Positions 14,918 to 16,989 of a DNA stretch of 16,989 nt are shown in pieces (the first letter of the stretch is position 1; every line of letters begins with the position of its first letter). The position numbers and the translations under genes were made by a program. This stretch comes from a virus. The stretch lies in UHGV virus genome UHGV-0048692; one strand, 5' to 3'. The notes below the pieces were generated by a model. That model searched no databases. It was given only the letters and a program-made list of their open reading frames with translations, and had not been told where the DNA came from.

Positions 14918-16416
14918 GCACAAAATTTTATACCCTGCTGACGGATATTGGCGCGGCGAAACTTGCCAGCGCCGCCGCGCTCGGTGTGCCGCTAAAAATT
15001 ACCCATATGGCGGTGGGCGATGGCGGCGGAGCATTGCCGACGCCGGACGCAAAGCAGACGGCACTGGTAAATGAGAAACGCCGGGCTGCGCTGAATATGC
15101 TCTATATCGACCCGCAGAACAGCAGCCAGATTATTGCTGAACAGGTGATCCCTGAAAACGAGGGCGGTTGGTGGATACGTGAAGTGGGCCTGTTTGATGA
15201 GTCCGGGGCATTGATTGCCGTGGGAAACTGCCCGGAAAGCTATAAGCCGCAACTGGCTGAAGGCAGCGGGCGTACCCAGACCGTGCGCATGGTGCTGATC
15301 ACCAGCAGCACGGACAATATCACCCTGAAAATCGACCCTGCTGTAGTGCTGGCAACCCGTAAATACGTGGATGATAAAGTCCTGGAATTAAAGCTGTATG
15401 TGGATGACCAGATGAGAAACCACATTGCCGCACAAGATCCTCATACCCAGTATGCGCAGAAACATAATCCGACATTTACCGGAGAACCAAAAGCGCCGAC
15501 GCCTGCAGCAGGAAATAACACCACTCGGATTGCGACCACAGAGTTTGTTCAGGCCGCTATTACTGCTCTGATTAACGGTGCGCCAGCCACGCTGGACACA
15601 CTGAAAGAAATTGCCGCAGCCATTAACAATGACCCGAAATTCAGTACCACTATTAATAATGCACTGGCACTGAAAGCGCCGCTGTCGAGTCCGGCACTCA
15701 CCGGAACGCCAACAGCACCTACTGCGGCACAGTCGGTCAACAATACACAGATTGCCACCACGGCATTTGTGAAATCGGCGATTGCGGCAATGGTGGGTTC
15801 TGCACCTGCGGCACTGGATACACTGAACGAACTGGCGGCGGCACTGGGGAATGATCCGAACTTTGCCACGACAATGCTTAATGCGCTGGCAGGTAAACAA
15901 CCGCTGGACAATACGCTGACTCATTTGAGTGGAAAGGATGTAGCAGGTCTTCTCGCATACCTTGGTTTGGGAGAAGCGGCAAAACGAAATGTGGGCAACG
16001 GGGAAAACCAAATCCCTGATATGTCTTTCTGGACGGTTACTGGTGGCAATGGAAATTTTGTGATTCGTCAACCTGACGGGCTAATCATTCAGATGGTTAC
16101 TGTAAGTATAAGCGGTCCAGTGGCGATGAATGGAATGACTGATAATGCTTATGCCATTACAGGTTCTAATAAGTCTTATATTGCCACAGCCACATTGCCC
16201 TTTGTATTTCCTAATAAGGTGCTGGGCGTTATCCCTCTGGTATCAACAACAGCTTATGGTGGTGTATCCAGTAATATTACAGGTTCATACGCGACGGCGG
16301 TTTGTTCTTTTGCCGCTGTCAGGGGGAATAATACGATTGTGTTCAAAGTCGACAAACCACTGAATGCAGCCTTTCCTTCAGATACCAGCGTCTCAGCGTT
16401 AATCATTGGACGGTAA
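14914..16416 (+). CDS. H: Tail fibre protein, P2 gpH-like, 500 aa, with a compositionally distinct C-terminal receptor-binding part
   Basis: Conserved N-terminus MSTKFYTLLTDIGAAKLA..., internal tandem fibre repeats (IATTEFV... and IATTAFV... units), AT-richer C-terminal third. Confidence 0.85.
   Translation: MSTKFYTLLTDIGAAKLASAAALGVPLKITHMAVGDGGGALPTPDAKQTALVNEKRRAALNMLYIDPQNSSQIIAEQVIPENEGGWWIREVGLFDESGALIAVGNCPESYKPQLAEGSGRTQTVRMVLITSSTDNITLKIDPAVVLATRKYVDDKVLELKLYVDDQMRNHIAAQDPHTQYAQKHNPTFTGEPKAPTPAAGNNTTRIATTEFVQAAITALINGAPATLDTLKEIAAAINNDPKFSTTINNALALKAPLSSPALTGTPTAPTAAQSVNNTQIATTAFVKSAIAAMVGSAPAALDTLNELAAALGNDPNFATTMLNALAGKQPLDNTLTHLSGKDVAGLLAYLGLGEAAKRNVGNGENQIPDMSFWTVTGGNGNFVIRQPDGLIIQMVTVSISGPVAMNGMTDNAYAITGSNKSYIATATLPFVFPNKVLGVIPLVSTTAYGGVSSNITGSYATAVCSFAAVRGNNTIVFKVDKPLNAAFPSDTSVSALIIGR
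15950..15975. other. Putative site-specific inversion crossover site (Hin/Gin/Cin/Pin-type) inside H
   Basis: 26-bp imperfect palindrome TTCTCGCATACCTTGGTTTGGGAGAA, about 19 of 26 identical to hixL as I recall it (TTATCAAAAACCTTGGTTTTCAAGAA). Sits where composition changes within H. Confidence 0.5.
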
Positions 16417-16418
16417 GA

Positions 16419-16862
16419 ATGAACTCAGTATTCTTTTCACCCGGAAGTAAAAGTTTTTATCTGCAAGAATTGTTTCCAGAATATGAGGATGCGGGAACGC
16501 TTCCTGATGATGTTATTGAAATTACCAGAGAAACATATGAGCAATTTCTTGGGCTGCATCCAGAAGGGAAAGAAATTGGCGCTGACAGTTCAGGACGACC
16601 AGTATGGATTAATTCCCCACCGCCTTCAAAAGAGGATGAGGTGCTGGCGGCTGAAATGAAAAAAATATCTTTGGTTTCAGAAGTCAATACCTACATCAAT
16701 ACCCATCAGTGGCCTGGCAAAGCTGCTATTGGTCGTCTGAAAGGTGACGAGCTGGAACAATATAATTTATGGCTGGATTATCTGGACGCACTGGAACTGG
16801 TCGATACTTCCGGTGCGCCAGATATTGAATGGCCTACGCCTCCGGCAGTTCAGGCCAGATGA
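16419..16862 (+). CDS. G: Tail fibre assembly chaperone, P2 gpG-like (Tfa family), 147 aa
   Basis: Position after H and a typical Tfa C-terminus (...DIEWPTPP...). Confidence 0.8.
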   Translation: MNSVFFSPGSKSFYLQELFPEYEDAGTLPDDVIEITRETYEQFLGLHPEGKEIGADSSGRPVWINSPPPSKEDEVLAAEMKKISLVSEVNTYINTHQWPGKAAIGRLKGDELEQYNLWLDYLDALELVDTSGAPDIEWPTPPAVQAR

Positions 16863-16989
16863 CATCCGGCGCGGTGCTGGTATCTGTTGCCGTCACCGCG
16901 TCAATGTAATCCAGCACAGCGTTAAGTCGGGTGTTTTCTGTATGCGTCAGCTTCCGCCCGGCCTGTAATTTCAGTTGAATCAGACTGAT
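16834..16989 (-). CDS. 3' part of a second, convergent tail-fibre-assembly gene (partial; ...NAVLDYIDAVTATDTSTAPDVIWPELPEA*)
   Basis: Frame open on the - strand from the window edge to TAG at 16834-16836. Tfa-like C-terminus. Overlaps the 3' end of G by 29 nt. Confidence 0.55.
   Translation of the reverse strand: MSLIQLKLQAGRKLTHTENTRLNAVLDYIDAVTATDTSTAPDVIWPELPEA

Larger units (their letters stand above)
1..16989. mobile_element. P2-like prophage segment (partial; spans cos, packaging, head, lysis, tail-completion, baseplate and tail-fibre modules)
   Basis: Collinear set of ORFs matching the P2 order Q-P / O-N-M-L-X-lysis-R-S-V-W-J-I-H-G with sizes close to P2 proteins (Q 344 aa, X 67 aa, J 302 aa); cos-like sequence adjacent. 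Confidence 0.85.

Noticed and set aside
15388-16071. 227-aa Cys/Arg-rich - strand ORF and a 120-aa - strand ORF inside tail-fibre gene H
   Set aside because: Antisense to H. The odd Cys/Arg-rich composition is what reverse-frame translation of Ala/Thr-rich fibre repeats gives. No start context.
16744-16968. 74-aa + strand ORF at the window end
   Set aside because: Overlaps G out of frame. The - strand frame over the same bases encodes a recognisable Tfa-like C-terminus.
1-16989. Searched by eye for tRNA, rRNA, integrase, attachment-site repeats and IS elements
   Set aside because: No cloverleaf-like conserved tRNA motifs, no recombinase-sized ORF and no terminal inverted repeats found. The integrase and att sites of a P2-like prophage would lie outside this window.

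Overview
The window reads as a contiguous segment of a P2-like (Peduovirus-type) prophage from an enterobacterium, crossing the phage cos region. Calls rest on gene order, protein sizes and N-terminal sequences recalled for phage P2; nothing was searched against a database. Layout: (a) 1-1447, an AT-rich cargo operon on the + strand (a truncated upstream ORF, a 212-aa charged soluble protein and two small membrane proteins), ended by a bidirectional terminator; (b) about 1584-1602, a sequence closely resembling the P2/P4 cohesive end; (c) 1755-2748 on the - strand, a second AT-rich cargo block inserted between cos and the portal gene: a 216-aa membrane protein followed by three tandem, translationally coupled, paralogous polyproline mini-ORFs; (d) 2809-11559, the conserved late genes Q and P (- strand), then O, N, M, L, X, a pinholin-like holin, a SAR-type endolysin, lysA/lysB/lysC spanins, R and S (+ strand); (e) 11561-12412, an AT-rich 283-aa gene on the opposite strand wedged between S and V; (f) 12490-16862, baseplate and tail-fibre genes V, W, J, I, H, G; (g) a Hin/Gin/Cin-type crossover site inside H (15950-15975) and a convergent, partial second tail-fibre-assembly gene at the window edge, implying an invertible host-range segment. 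The best candidates for undescribed biology are the two cargo blocks flanking cos and the S/V moron; I cannot assign function to any of them from sequence alone.
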